Shown piece by piece: positions 51,596-62,664 of a stretch of 64,000 nucleotides of DNA. The stretch is from an uncultured delta proteobacterium (GTDB lineage: Bacteria; Desulfobacterota; Binatia; UTPRO1), in NCBI GenBank assembly GCA_963761995.1, contig CAVXIU010000006.1:3681684-3745683 (forward strand), given 5' to 3'. The translations under genes and the position numbers were made by a program. The notes under the pieces are model-generated. The model did not search any database and was not told where the DNA came from. It saw only the letters and a program-made list of their open reading frames with translations. The stretch's first letter is position 1; each line of letters opens with the position of its first letter.

Positions 51596-52123
51596 CGCCC
51601 GCTCCCTTCTGGAAACCTAACTCCCTCGCGATTCCGGATTCCCGTACCGACAAACCGCACCGAAGAGGCCCCCACCGCGTGAAACGTCATCGTGGACGAC
51701 GAGCCTTTTCGAAAAACCGATGAGCAATTCGTGCTCGAGGTGGGGGTCGGCATTGGAGGACGTGTCCGGGTAGCAATGTGCGGGGCAACTTGTCAATGAA
51801 AAAGTAAAGGAAGGCGGCGAATTTTGACGCTTTGAGATCGCGTGTGTCTCGGATGAGGATGATCGGCAGCGCCATATCAGCGCATGACGCGGTTGCACGC
51901 GCGGGTGCCGCGCGTCCCCTGCCGCCCGCACCATCGCGGAGGTGCACGACGAGCTGCGACGAGACACGACGCATCATGCGGGCGCGGTCGCTGACGCCAG
52001 GTCTCCGTTCCGGCGGCGTTGTTGCCGGCCGGCTCGGAATTGAGCTAGATCCGGGGCCCTTGCCCGTGAAGCGGGCGGTGGCTCATGCCGGCGACCGAGC
52101 AATGACGCGCGAAAGGAAAGACC

Positions 52124-52600
52124 GTGGCACTCGGTGAGGACGACGTTCGGTCGGAAGACCTCGAATCGCGTCTCGGCGTCTCGCTAGGGCGCGATCACGT
52201 GATGTTCGACGTCGACGAGACGGTCTATCCGCTCGAAGCGATCTACGGGGGAGCATATCTCTTCGTCGACCGATGCTTCGTGTTCCTCTCCCGACCGAGG
52301 CCGCAGGTGGTGAACGTCCGTTTGACGTCGCGTGGGCCGGCGACCTCCGCCGAGCTCGACGCGCTCGCGGGCGAGTTCATGAACGAGATCCTGTCGCAGG
52401 TGACGCGGCTGCGCCTGTCGCAAGCCACCGCTCGCATCCGCGAGTACTATACGGCCGCGGCGTTGCGGGCCGCGGCGTCGGCGCCTTCCGTCGACGATCT
52501 CCTGGCCGAGCTCGACGCGGAGGAGCTCGGGGACGACCCGCTCGAGATCTCGGTTCCCTGGGAAGCGAAGCCCGGCGACAAGGGAAGCGAGCCGAAGTAG
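52124..52600 (+). CDS. Small protein family A, copy 1 (paralog of 62665-63123). Possible HxsD-like accessory or peptide chaperone.
   Basis: GTG start after a GAAAGGAAAG RBS. Conserved core YP.EA.Y.AAY.F.DR..V.L......V..R.......AGEF.NE.L.Q. Confidence 0.55.
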   Translation: MALGEDDVRSEDLESRLGVSLGRDHVMFDVDETVYPLEAIYGGAYLFVDRCFVFLSRPRPQVVNVRLTSRGPATSAELDALAGEFMNEILSQVTRLRLSQATARIREYYTAAALRAAASAPSVDDLLAELDAEELGDDPLEISVPWEAKPGDKGSEPK

Positions 52601-52615
52601 GGCCGCACGTCCCGG

Positions 52616-52861
52616 ATGAGCCAGATCATCTTCGACCGATCGCTCTACACTCCCGAAGCCGTCGAGGCGGCCGCCGCGGCCTACGCCGAGTACGCGGACA
52701 TCACGCTCGAGCGCTCCGGCGACGCGGTGATCGCGACCATCAGCGCCGTCAGCGGCGGTGATCGCGAGACGATCGAGCACTCCTTCTGCAACCACGCGTT
52801 GCAGGAAACGGTCGTGCGGATGCGGCGGGCCGCCGCACCCGAAGCGCCGGAGCGCGTGTAG
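52616..52861 (+). CDS. Small protein family B, copy 1 (paralog of 63120-63366). Possible PqqD-like or other accessory protein.
   Basis: 81 aa. Conserved LYTPEA...A and a single-Cys motif (HSFCNHAL versus EFCNFAL in copy 2). The next gene starts right after the stop (TAGATG). Confidence 0.55.
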   Translation: MSQIIFDRSLYTPEAVEAAAAAYAEYADITLERSGDAVIATISAVSGGDRETIEHSFCNHALQETVVRMRRAAAPEAPERV

Positions 52862-54344
52862 ATGGTCGCCGGCGGAGTAGCGCCTTCGCCCTCGACGGTC
52901 GCGATCGACCGGCTGGGATTTTTTCGTTGGGGACGGATCGCCGAGAAAGTCCTGATCACGACGGATGGCGGCGACTGGGCCTTTCTGACCGAGCCGGAGT
53001 TCGCGCAGCTGCTCGCTGGCGAGATCCTGGAAGACCACCCGCGGTTCGCTGAGCTCCAGGGCGGCGGCTTTCTCCGCACGGGCCTCGATCTCGACGCGCT
53101 CGCGAGCAGGGTCGCACGGCAGCGTGGGCCACGTCGCGCGCGGGCCGGAGCTGCACGTCGTGACGATGAGCCGCCGCGCCGGGCAGGAAGCTCCATCGGC
53201 GGCGCCCGGCGCGCCCGCATGGACCTCGACCGCGAGACGGCCGAGAGGATCGTCGAGGTCGCGCTCCAGAGCAGATCGCCGTCGGTCTCATTCGAGCTGC
53301 AGGCGGCACGCCGGCGAGCCGTTGCTGAACGCCGACGGAGTCCGGCATCTCGTCGAATTCGCGCGGACGACGAACGCACGCGCCGAGGGGAAGACGCTCG
53401 GGTTCACGCTCGTCAGCAACTTGAGCGCCATGACGGCGGAGATGGCGGAGTGGCTGATCGCGAACGAGGTCGCCATCCGGACGTGGCTCGACGGACCGGC
53501 ACGAGCTCCACGAGTGGAACCGGAGATACACGTTGGCGGGAGCGCATGCGGACGTGGTCCGGTGGATCGAGTGGTTCGACCGCCGATACCGCGAGCTCGG
53601 GCTCGATCGCCGACGTCTGGCACGTCGACACAAGGATGACGACGACGCGCCGGACGCTGTCGGCCTGGCGCGAGGTCGTGGACGAGTACGTGGCGCGCGG
53701 GATGCGGTCCATCCAGCTCAGGCCGCTGAGCCCGCTCGGCTTCGACGCCGACGCGTGGCAGACGATCGGGTACACCGTCGAGGAATACCTGGCGTTCTAC
53801 GACCGCGCGTTCGGCTATATTGTTGGAGTTGAATCGCAGCGGGGTGCGCCTCGCCGAGAGGACGGCGTCGGGGTTCCTGAACGGCATCCTGTCCTCCGGG
53901 GATCCCGCCCTGCGGGAGATCCGGTCGCCGTGCTCGGCCGGGACGAGCGAGCTCGCATACGACGTCGATGGGCGGATATTCCCGGGCGACGAGGCGCGGC
54001 GCGTCGACGCGTTCGGGGATCCCATCTTCGCGCTCGGCAACGTGCGGGAGCTCAGGATCGCCGACATCGTCCGGCATCCGACGGCCCGGGCGATTGCGGC
54101 GGCGTCGCTCCTCGACGCGCAGCCGATGTGCGCGGACTGCTGGAACAAGCCGTTCTGCGGCATCTCGCCCGTGTCGACGTACGTCCGGGACGGGGACCTC
54201 TTCGGGCAGCGGCCGCGGTGCTTCGAGTGCAAGGAGCATATGGCGGTCTCCCGCACCCTGTTCGCTCGGCTGGCAAACGAGAGCGACCGGGAGACGAAGG
54301 AGATCCTCGAGCGCTGGACGGCCGGAAGCGGCCGCCCGCGCTAG
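52862..54344 (+). pseudogene. Radical SAM/SPASM maturase, HxsB-like, with an N-terminal KVLITxDxGDW extension. At least 4 frameshifts and the Cx3Cx2C motif is lost.
   Basis: The frame order is 2 -> 0 (FELQ|GEPLLNADG, caused by a 7-bp insertion cacgccg) -> 1 (WLDGPA|ELHEWNRRYTLAG) -> 2 (IADVWHVDTR...YDRAFGYIV) -> 0 (SPASM: SPCSAGTSELAYDVDGRIFPG, CADCWNKPFCG, RPRCFECKE). The expected Cys-motif region reads LHVVTMSRRAGQE. Confidence 0.6.
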
Positions 54345-54345
54345 C

Positions 54346-54440
54346 TCAGAAGGGGGATCCCTCCCCCTTCGCCGCCGCGGCAAAGCCGCGTCGGCTCGTC
54401 CCCCGGCTCGCATTCGCTCGGCCGCGCGCTAACGCGCACG
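54346..54440. repeat. Structured intergenic element, copy 3 of 3.
   Basis: gggggaTCCCtccccc, cgcggcAAAgccgcg and gccgcgcgcTAAcgcgcacgg. About 90% identical to copy 2. Confidence 0.5.
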
Positions 54441-54599
54441 GAGATCGTTGTCGTGGATCCCTCTCCTACTCGATCGGGCCAGTCAGGGGGCCAGCGGGCA
54501 GCGAGAACGCCCGGCCCCCTCCCGTCGTTGAGCAGGCGAAAAATGCCTGGCGAATCGGCGGCCTGATGTGGTAACCCCCCGAGACGGACCGTCGCCCAA

Positions 54600-56478
54600 G
54601 TGAACACGAGCCTCCACTGTCCGACGCCGTCGAGCGGAGAACGCGCGCGACGCCGCGTCCCGGTCGCTGCGATTCGGACCATCGATCTCCGTATCTCGCT
54701 GGTTCGCGGTCCGGCCCGGCTGCCGTGGCGAGGCGGTAGGGGGGCGACCGACGAGCTTTCGCTGAGCGAGGTCCTGGATGGCGCGCGCGCCGTCGCCGGC
54801 CGGCCCGGCGCCTTCCTCGTCGGTGGCGGAGATCCGCTTCGCCGCACCGACCTACCGACCCTGCTCCACGAGCTCGCGCGAGCTCCGGCCCGAGAATCTC
54901 GGCCTCTGCACCGGAGGCGCGGGCGTGACGGGCACGATGGTCGATCGGCTGCGCTCCGTCGGGGTGCAGCGGCTGAGAGTGCCGTTCCACAGTGCACGCC
55001 GGGACGCACACGATTGGCTGGTCGGGCAGCCGGGCGCGCTCGGGACGGCGCTGCGCGCGATCCGTACCTGCGTCGATACCGGGATGCCGGTCGAGGCCGA
55101 GGTCGTCGTCACCCGGCCGACGATGCCGCACCTCGAGGAAACGATCGACGTCCTCACGCGAGTCGGGGTGCGCAAGATCGTCGTTCGACGTCTCGCCACG
55201 GTCGACGTCGGACGGGCCCGAATTCGTCCTGCTCTCGCCGCGCCTGTCGCTGCATCGCCGACGACCTGGAACGCGCGGCGACGACCGCGCTCCAGCGACG
55301 GTCCCGTATCGTGATCCGGGACTTTCCGGTCTGCGCCGCGCCGCGGTTGCGACGGCTCTTCGCCCGCTCCGACGCCGAGCTGTGGCTGACGGCGAACGGT
55401 GCGGTCGATGCCCGCGTCGAAGGCGGCCCGGGGTGCCCGGGCTGTCCCGGTGCGCCGCTCTGCGCCGGAGCGCCGGCGCGACTACGTGGCGCGCTTCGGC
55501 TGGGAAGAGTTCGCCGACCCGGCGCCATGCACGGCGCGCATCGAGGAGAACGTCGCGGCGCAGCAGAGCGTTCGGCCCGCGGGAACGATGGTGCTCTCGT
55601 GGCGCGGGCCGCGCCGCGTACGGTGCGACGCGTGCGCGGATGGCCATTCGGCCACAGGTGGTCACCCGACCGGCGACCATCCGACCGCGGGACCCGAGTC
55701 GACGCGCGCCGTCCGCGCCAGGCTGGTCGAGGCCGCGCGTTTCCGGCCGGCGGTCTTGCGGCTCGTCGGCGCCGAGCTGCTCGCCCATCCGAGCGCGGCT
55801 GCGCTGCTCTTCGACGCGGTCCGGCTCTTCCGGCGCGTCGAATGCGCCGGCGAGGGAAGCGCCATCCTCAAGTGGACCGACGTCGATTTGCGCCGCCTCA
55901 AGGATCTCCCGCGCATCGACGTCGCGTTCTACGGGCCGGACGCCGCGAGCCACGACGCCCACTGCGGAATCGCCGGCTCCTTCGCGGCGACCCTGCGCGG
56001 CGTCGAGCGATTGCGCGAGCAGACGTCGATCGCGGTCGGGGCCTACGCGATCGTCCATGACGCGCGCTCCGTCCCGCTCTTCGCCAACGCCTGGAGCCGC
56101 GGCGAGCTGCCGGGTCATCCACGGTTTCGCCTGGCGGCGGAAGGATCTTCCCTGGACGACGTCGTCGAGTGCGCGCGCCTCCTCCCGCCCGGCGCGGTGC
56201 GGTCGGCATTGTGGGCCGTGCTACCGCACTGCCTGTGCAACGAAGCGGGCCTGGGCTTGGACGAGGGTACTGGCGTCGAGTCCGCGGAGGGCAACGGTCC
56301 GGCGTTCGGCGTCGCCTTCGGGCGACGCGTCGAGTACGCGCCCCGCGGCTCGGATCCGGTCGGCGCCTTCGCAAGCTGCGGCGACGACGGGAATGCATGT
56401 ACCGTGATCGGCTGCCCCGGCACGGCAATCGGATGGCAGCGGAACGCGAGGTCGAAACGATGGATGCAGGACAGCTGA
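54600..56478 (+). pseudogene. Degenerate radical-SAM-like two-domain protein, a paralog of 56460-58335. It lacks the Fe-S Cys triad and has at least 3 frameshifts.
   Basis: The frame order is 0 -> 1 -> 0 -> 1. FLVGGGDPLRRTDLPTLLHELA|RENLGLCTGGAGV...VPFHSARRDAHDWLV aligns with VILSGGEGSIHPKFIDFVRYAREIGYSRVQTVTNGYM...SLHGHTPELHDRL of the next gene. TIDLRISLV occupies the place of CNSRCVFC. Confidence 0.5.
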
Positions 56479-58335
56479 CGGAACGGATGTTGGCGCGCGA
56501 GAGCGTGGCCAACGTCCGGAAGCACTGGGTACGGCTCGTCACGGCGTGCAACAGCCGCTGCGTGTTTTGCCTCGACACGGACACGCCGCGGAACATGTAC
56601 CTCTTGGAGCACGACGTTCACCAGGAGCTCAGGCGCGGACGCGAGGAGCTGAACGCCGACAAGGTGATCCTGTCGGGCGGCGAGGGCTCGATCCATCCGA
56701 AGTTCATCGACTTCGTGCGCTACGCGCGCGAGATCGGCTACAGCCGGGTGCAGACCGTCACCAACGGCTACATGTTCGCGAAGCGGGAGTTCTATCTCAA
56801 CGCCGTCGAAGCCGGGCTCGGCGAGATCACGTTCAGCCTGCACGGCCACACGCCCGAGCTGCACGACCGCCTCACGGGCGTCGAGGGCGCCTTCGACCGG
56901 CTGATGAAGGGCATGATACGCGCCCGCCGCGACGGACGCATCATCGTCAACGTCGACGTCTGCATCAACAAGCAGAACGTGGCGTACATCGACCAGATCG
57001 TCGCGCTCTGCCTTTCGGTGGGCGTCAACGAGTTCGACCTCCTGCACGTCATCCCGCAGGGCGCGGCGTTCGAGAACCGCGACGAGCTCTTCTACGATCC
57101 GGTCGAGCACCTGCCCCGCCTGCAGAAGGTCTTCCGTCTGAACCGCCATCCCAACGTCGTGGTGTGGACGAATCGCTTCCCGGTCGAGTTCCTCGAGGGC
57201 CTGGAAGACCTCATCCAGGATCCGCACAAGATGCTCGACGAGGTGAACGGCCGCCGCTTCCAGGTTCGCAAATACCTCGACGAAGGCGTTCCCCTCGAAT
57301 GCCGGCAGCAGGAGCGGTGCGTGCACTGCTTCATCGAGCCGTTCTGCACCACGGCCGATCGCGTGATCGAGCGCCAGAACCAGGCGAGCTGGGACGTCTG
57401 GTGGATGGGCGCCGCCACCGGCATTGGAAACATGCCTGCGGCGAACGAGCTACCCTTCGGGTGCCGTTCCATCGGCCTCGAGGTCGACGATCTGCCGGAC
57501 GTCGAAGGCCTCGGCGTCCATCCGGACGTCGGCATCTACGTCCGCCCGAAGCGCGCCTCCCGACTGGTCGATCGGGCGCGCGTGCCGAACCGCCTCCTGC
57601 TCGCGCTCCGCGAGCCGGAGCAGCTCGACGTCGTGCTCGGCGGCACGCCGCTTCCCGCGGGGGTCGAGGTCGAGATCGAGCTGAACCAGCGCACGGCCCC
57701 CTGGCTGCTCACGCAGCGCGAGCGCGTGCGGACGTACCTCGACGTGATCCGTCTGCATCAGCCGACCTACGAGTTCCTGAAGGACGCGGTCGCGAACGAC
57801 GTGCGCAATCTGAAGCGCTTCTTCACCGAGCTCGCGCTCCCCATCCGAGCCAGCGGCCTGACCGCGTGCCTCGCCCCGGGGACGCAGCTGGTCGAGGCGC
57901 CCAAGGTGCTCGAGAAGAAGATGTTCGACCCGGAGACCGGTCGCATCGCCATCCGCGAGCTGGCACGGACGCACGTCGTCCACGGCTACCAGGCCAAGTC
58001 GCTCCGCTGCCGCGATTGCGTCGTGACCGCCCGCTGCGAGGGTGCGCACATCAATTTCATCCGCGATCAGGGATTCGCGGAGCTCCAGCCGTTGCGCGAA
58101 GGTGCGTGGGCGGAGAACGCGGCGGCGCAGCTGACAGCACTCCGGCCGACGCCGCTCCCGCGCGTCCGCGACGGTCAGCCACTGCAGCCGGTCGGACCGA
58201 GCCTGCCCGGGCTTCGCGCCGCCGCAAGCGGCCCCGGTCGAGCCGTTGATCGAGTTCGCGCAAAAGAAACGCGAGGAGCGCGAGCGCGCGCGCCAGGAGG
58301 CCGCACAGCGGCGCCAGGTCTCGCTCGAAGGATAA
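56460..58335 (+). CDS. Radical SAM protein (~625 aa) with a Cys-rich auxiliary segment and a long C-terminal extension. One late frameshift at ~58195.
   Basis: Cx3Cx2C in VTACNSRCVFCLD. GGEG, TNGYM and SLHGHTPELHD motifs. Auxiliary Cys in ECRQQERCVHCFIEPFC. The frame changes from 0 to 1 at ctgcccgggcttcgcg (a ccc/ggg run). ATG 56433 is an alternative start. Confidence 0.65.
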
Positions 58336-58344
58336 CGACCGACG

Positions 58345-59382
58345 ATGGCGAACCTCGGCTACCTCCAGCTCACGCGGAACTGCTACCAGAAGTGCCACTT
58401 CTGCAGTAATCCGCCGACCGGCGTGCATCTCGACGAGGCCGAGATGCGCCGCAACATCGATAAGCTCGTCGAGATGGGCTACGACGGCGTGATCCTGACG
58501 GGCGGGGAGCCGAGCACCTCCGAGCTCCTCCTCCCGGCGCTCGCGTACGCGCGCGAGCAAAAGCTCTTCAGCCGCATGATCACCAACGGGCAGAAGCTCG
58601 CCGACAAGGACTTCTTCAAGCGCTGCGTCGACGCCGGTCTCACCCACATCCACGTCTCGCTCCACAGCTACCGGCGCGAGGTCCACGACTTCATCACGCA
58701 ATATCGCGGGGCGTGGGACGTGCTCGTCCGCTGCCTGGAGAACGTCCCGGAGATGGGCATCACCTCCGACATCAACACGGTCATCAACGTCTGGAACTGC
58801 GACCATCTCCACGAGAACGTCCGCTGGATCTGCGAGAACTTCCCGTTCATCCGCCACTTCGTCTGGAACAACATGGACCCCGACGGCAATCGCGCCGAGG
58901 AGAATCCCGACTGCATCCCGCGCCACTACGAGTTCCAGGTGTCGCTCGAGAAGGCGATGGACTACCTCGTGAGCACCGGGCGGAGCTTCCGCGCCGAGCG
59001 GGTCCCGCTCTGCTACATGCGGCGCTACGCGTGGGCCTCGACGGAAGCGCGCAAGATCATCAAGGAGGAGGAGCGCTGCATTCGCTTCCTCGACTTCAAG
59101 GGCTTCATCCACCAGAAGGAGTTCCTGCACGGCAAGGGTGACGCCTGCCAGGCGTGCCGCTTCGACCCGATCTGCGCGGGCATGTTCTCGATGGCGAAGA
59201 GCTACGACGAGCGCGAGCTCTCGCCGATCTTCGACGACCCCACCCCGATGATCGCGAAGGTGCTGAGACGCGAACCGTCGCCGGAGCTCATGGCGCGGCT
59301 CATGGCGCGACGTGGGCGGCGCTCACTGACCGAGCAGCCCTCGCTCGAGCGCCGGCAGCAAGCGATGGAGCGGCCTCTGTAG
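58345..59382 (+). CDS. Radical SAM protein with a C-terminal twitch/SPASM-like Cys cluster. Intact.
   Basis: TRNCYQKCHFC (Cx3Cx2C), GGEPS, TNGQKL, and C-terminal CQACRFDPICAG. 345 aa with no frame breaks. Confidence 0.85.
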   Translation: MANLGYLQLTRNCYQKCHFCSNPPTGVHLDEAEMRRNIDKLVEMGYDGVILTGGEPSTSELLLPALAYAREQKLFSRMITNGQKLADKDFFKRCVDAGLTHIHVSLHSYRREVHDFITQYRGAWDVLVRCLENVPEMGITSDINTVINVWNCDHLHENVRWICENFPFIRHFVWNNMDPDGNRAEENPDCIPRHYEFQVSLEKAMDYLVSTGRSFRAERVPLCYMRRYAWASTEARKIIKEEERCIRFLDFKGFIHQKEFLHGKGDACQACRFDPICAGMFSMAKSYDERELSPIFDDPTPMIAKVLRREPSPELMARLMARRGRRSLTEQPSLERRQQAMERPL

Positions 59383-59386
59383 CGCA

Positions 59387-60790
59387 ATGCCGCGTTTCCT
59401 CTTCATCAATCCGCCGCTCGTCCTCGAGGACGACTTCATCGACTACCCCTTCTTCGCCAATCACGGGTTGCTCGCGTGTGCGGGGTTGGCGGCGCGGTCG
59501 GGTGCGGACGTCGCGGTGCACGACGCGTTCGCGTTGCGCGACTCGGGACGTCACCGCCGCGCCGGCGGGGGATGGGTGCTCGGCGTCGGGCACGACGAGT
59601 TCATCGCGTCGCTGCCGCGCGGCCGCTTCGACGTCGTGGTGCTCGGCGGCCCGGTCTTCCTCCGCATCGAGGCCGCCCATGCGGAGACCCGCGCGCTCAT
59701 CGCCGCCCTCCGCGAGCGATTTCCACGCTCCGTCCTGCTGCTCGCCGACGGCTACGTGGGCGGCCAGCACTACGCCGACTACGACGCCGAGCGGGTCCTC
59801 GCACAGTATCCGGAGTTCGACGCAATTCTGAAATACCCCGGCGAGCGCTTCTTCGCCGAGCCGGAATATCTCGCGACCCTCGGCGACGCGCGCGTCGTGT
59901 TGCGCGAGGCGGAGAGTCGCGGTGCCGATCCGCTCGAGCCGTTCTACTTCCTCGACGGCATCGACGTCGGCAACTTCGATCGCTTCCTCGAGCGCTGCTT
60001 CGGCGACGGGACGTGGCAGAACACGTTCGGCGTCGGCGCGGGGACGCGCTCGTTCGTGACCAGCATCGGCTGCCCGCATCGCTGCATCTTCTGCACGAGC
60101 AACCCGGGCTGGCGACGGACGGGACGCAAGCTCTACCGGCCGATCCCCCTGCCCCGCCTCACGCACTGGGCGTATCTCCTGCAAAACCGTATTCGCCGCG
60201 AAAAAGCTGATCGTGCTGGACGAGATGGTGAACGTCCGGACGGACTTCGAGGCGATGCTCCGCATGCTGAACGAGCTGGACTTCACCTACGATTTCCCGA
60301 ACGGCATGCGCGCGGACCATTTGAGCCGCGAGGCGATCGGCGCTGATGAAAGGACGCGTCGGGATGCTGAGCATCTCGGCGGAGAGCGCGACGCAGGAAG
60401 ATGTGAACGGACCCATCGGCAAGGGGCAGCCGCTCGACGCGATCCGACGCGTCGCGGAATGGTGTCGCGAGCTCGACGTGCCGCTGATGAGCCACTACAT
60501 CATCGGCTTCCCCTGGGAGACGCCGGCGCACGTCACCGGCACGCTCGAGATGGCGTGGGAGCTGTACGAACGCTACGGGGCTTGGCCGTCGATGCAGTTC
60601 GCGACCCCGATTCTCGGCACCGCGCTGCACGAGCAGTGCGTGTCCATGGGTCTGATTCCGCCTGAAGGCATCGACCTCAAGGACGGCGCGCTCTTCCAGC
60701 ACCGCCCGTGCTTCGATCCGCCCGGCCTGTCCCCCGGGGTACCTCGAGAAGGCACGCGCCGCGTTCGACATGAAGATCGCGGCCCGTGAG
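59387..60790 (+). CDS. B12-binding-domain radical SAM protein (class B-like), with at least 3 frameshifts.
   Basis: N-terminal cobalamin-binding-like fold (MPRFLFINPPLV...). SFVTSIGCPHRCIFCTSNPGW (Cx3Cx2C). It continues in frame 0 (KLIVLDEMVNVRTDFEAMLRMLNELDFTYDFPNGMRADHLS), then frame 1 (LSISAESATQEDVNGPIGKG...IIGFPWETPAHV), then frame 2 (YLEKARAAFDMKIAAREAQQ). The true stop is unclear. Confidence 0.6.
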
Positions 60791-61705
60791 GCGCAGCAAG
60801 CTCATCATGAACATCACCTACAAGTGCGCCAACCGCTGCGTTTTCTGCGCCACCGGCGATCGCGTGTCGGCCGCGCTCGCGTGGGACAAGATCGACGAGA
60901 TCCTCCGGCAGCACCGCGAGCAGGGCACGGACCAGCTCGACATCGACGGCGGCGAGCCGACGACGCACCCGCGCCTGACGGATGCCATCGAGCTCGCGCG
61001 CGAGCTCGGCTACCGCTCGATCAACCTGACGACCAACGGCCGCCTGCTGCGCGACCGGGATCTCACCGAGCGCCTCGTGAACAGCGGCATCACGCATCTC
61101 CTGATCTCGCTCCACGGCGCCACCGCCGAGGTGCACGAGGCGGCGACGGACGCGCCGGGCAGCTTCGCCGAGACGATCGCCGGCATCGACAACGTCATGG
61201 CTCTCCGGCCGGCCCACGTGGAGACCGGCATCAACGTCACGATCGTCCGCTCCAACGTCGACCATCTCATGGCGCTCACCGCGCTCGCGGTGGCGAAGGG
61301 CGTTCGTCGAAGATCAACTTCCAGTTCACGACGCCGTTCGGCCGCGCCTGGGAGGACGTGGTGCCTCCGCTCGAGGAGGCGGCGAACGCGGTCATGCGCG
61401 TCATCGACCGCTACGCGGACGAGATCCAGATCCACGTCATCAACGCGCAGTTCTGCGTCTTCCCGGGGTACGAGCGGTACGTCGTCGGCGATCTGCAGAA
61501 GATGGGTCGCACGATGGTCTTCGCCGCGGATCCCCGCTTTCCCGAGCAGGTCAACCTCTACGAGTGGCTGGGAGCGCGGCGGGAGAAGCAGGCCGTCTGC
61601 GCGGCATGCCCGTGGACGACGGTGTGCGAGGGCTTCCAGGTGTTCCGCCAGGAGAAGCCCGACATGCGGGTCGAACGGAGCCGGCCCTTGGTGGCGACCG
61701 CATGA
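60786..61705 (+). CDS. Small radical SAM protein with a twitch/SPASM-like C-terminus. One frameshift at ~61300.
   Basis: NITYKCANRCVFCATGD, DGGEPT and TTNGRLL motifs. The frame changes from 0 to 2 after LAVAKGV. C-terminal CAACPWTTVCEGF. Its stop overlaps the next ATG as ATGA. Confidence 0.65.
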
Positions 61706-62659
61706 CCGCGACCGTCGTGAAGCTCGGCGACGAGTGGTTCGAGTACGCCGACGTCCTGGTCGACGTGATGATCGGCTACGCGTGCAACGTGCAGTGCGAC
61801 TACTGCTCGATCACGGACGAGATGCGGAAGGAGAACATGGCGACGCTGCCCGTCATGGCGGCGCTCGCCGATGCGCGCCGGCGGGGGGCGACGAAGGTCG
61901 CGTTCGGCGGCGGCGAGCCCACCATCCGGCGGAGCCTCCTGCCGCTCGTGCGCTGGTGCCGCGACCGCGGCTGGCGCTCCATCAAGATCCCGTCGAACGG
62001 GTTGATGTACTCGTATCAATCGTATCGCGCAGGAAGCGTGCGACGCGGGGATAACCGATTTCCACATCTCGTTCATGGCGCACACCGACGAGCTCTACGC
62101 TCGCATCATGGGGAGACCGGACGCGCTGTCGCTGGTGACCGAGGGAGTGCGCAATCTGCAGGCGCTCGGCCGCAGGCCGGTCGGCGATCTCATCATCAAG
62201 CACGACACGTGGATGCATCTCGCCGACATCGTCGAGCACTGGGCGGGTTTCGGCATCGACACCTTCAACCTCTGGCTGGTGTCGTTGAGCGACCGCAACC
62301 GCGACAATCTCGAGTCGCTGCCGATGGTCTCGGAGATGCGTGACGGGATCGAGGCCGCGTTCGAGCGCGGCAAGCGGCTTGGCGTCACCGTTCGCTCCCG
62401 GCACATCCCGCGCTGCATGCTGCCGGGGTACGAGGACCACGTCGTCGACCTGCGCGAGGACAAGGTGCTCGTCGTGACGCCGCGCGCGACGTTCGCGCTC
62501 TGGGAGTCGAAGATCTCGCCGAACACCTATGCCGAGAAATGCAACGGGTGCCGGTACCAACACGGCGTCTGCCTCGGGCTCCGTCGCGACTATCTGGAGC
62601 GCTGGGGCGACGCGGAGCTCCGGCCCACCTACGACTCCGCGGCGGCTCCGGCGGCGTGA
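61702..62659 (+). CDS. Small radical SAM protein with a SPASM-like C-terminus. One frameshift at ~62015.
   Basis: MIGYACNVQCDYCS (Cx3Cx2C), GGGEPT, and PSNGLM| then EACDAGITDFHISFMAHTDELYARIMG in frame 2. C-terminal CNGCRYQHGVC. Confidence 0.65.
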
Positions 62660-62664
62660 GGACG

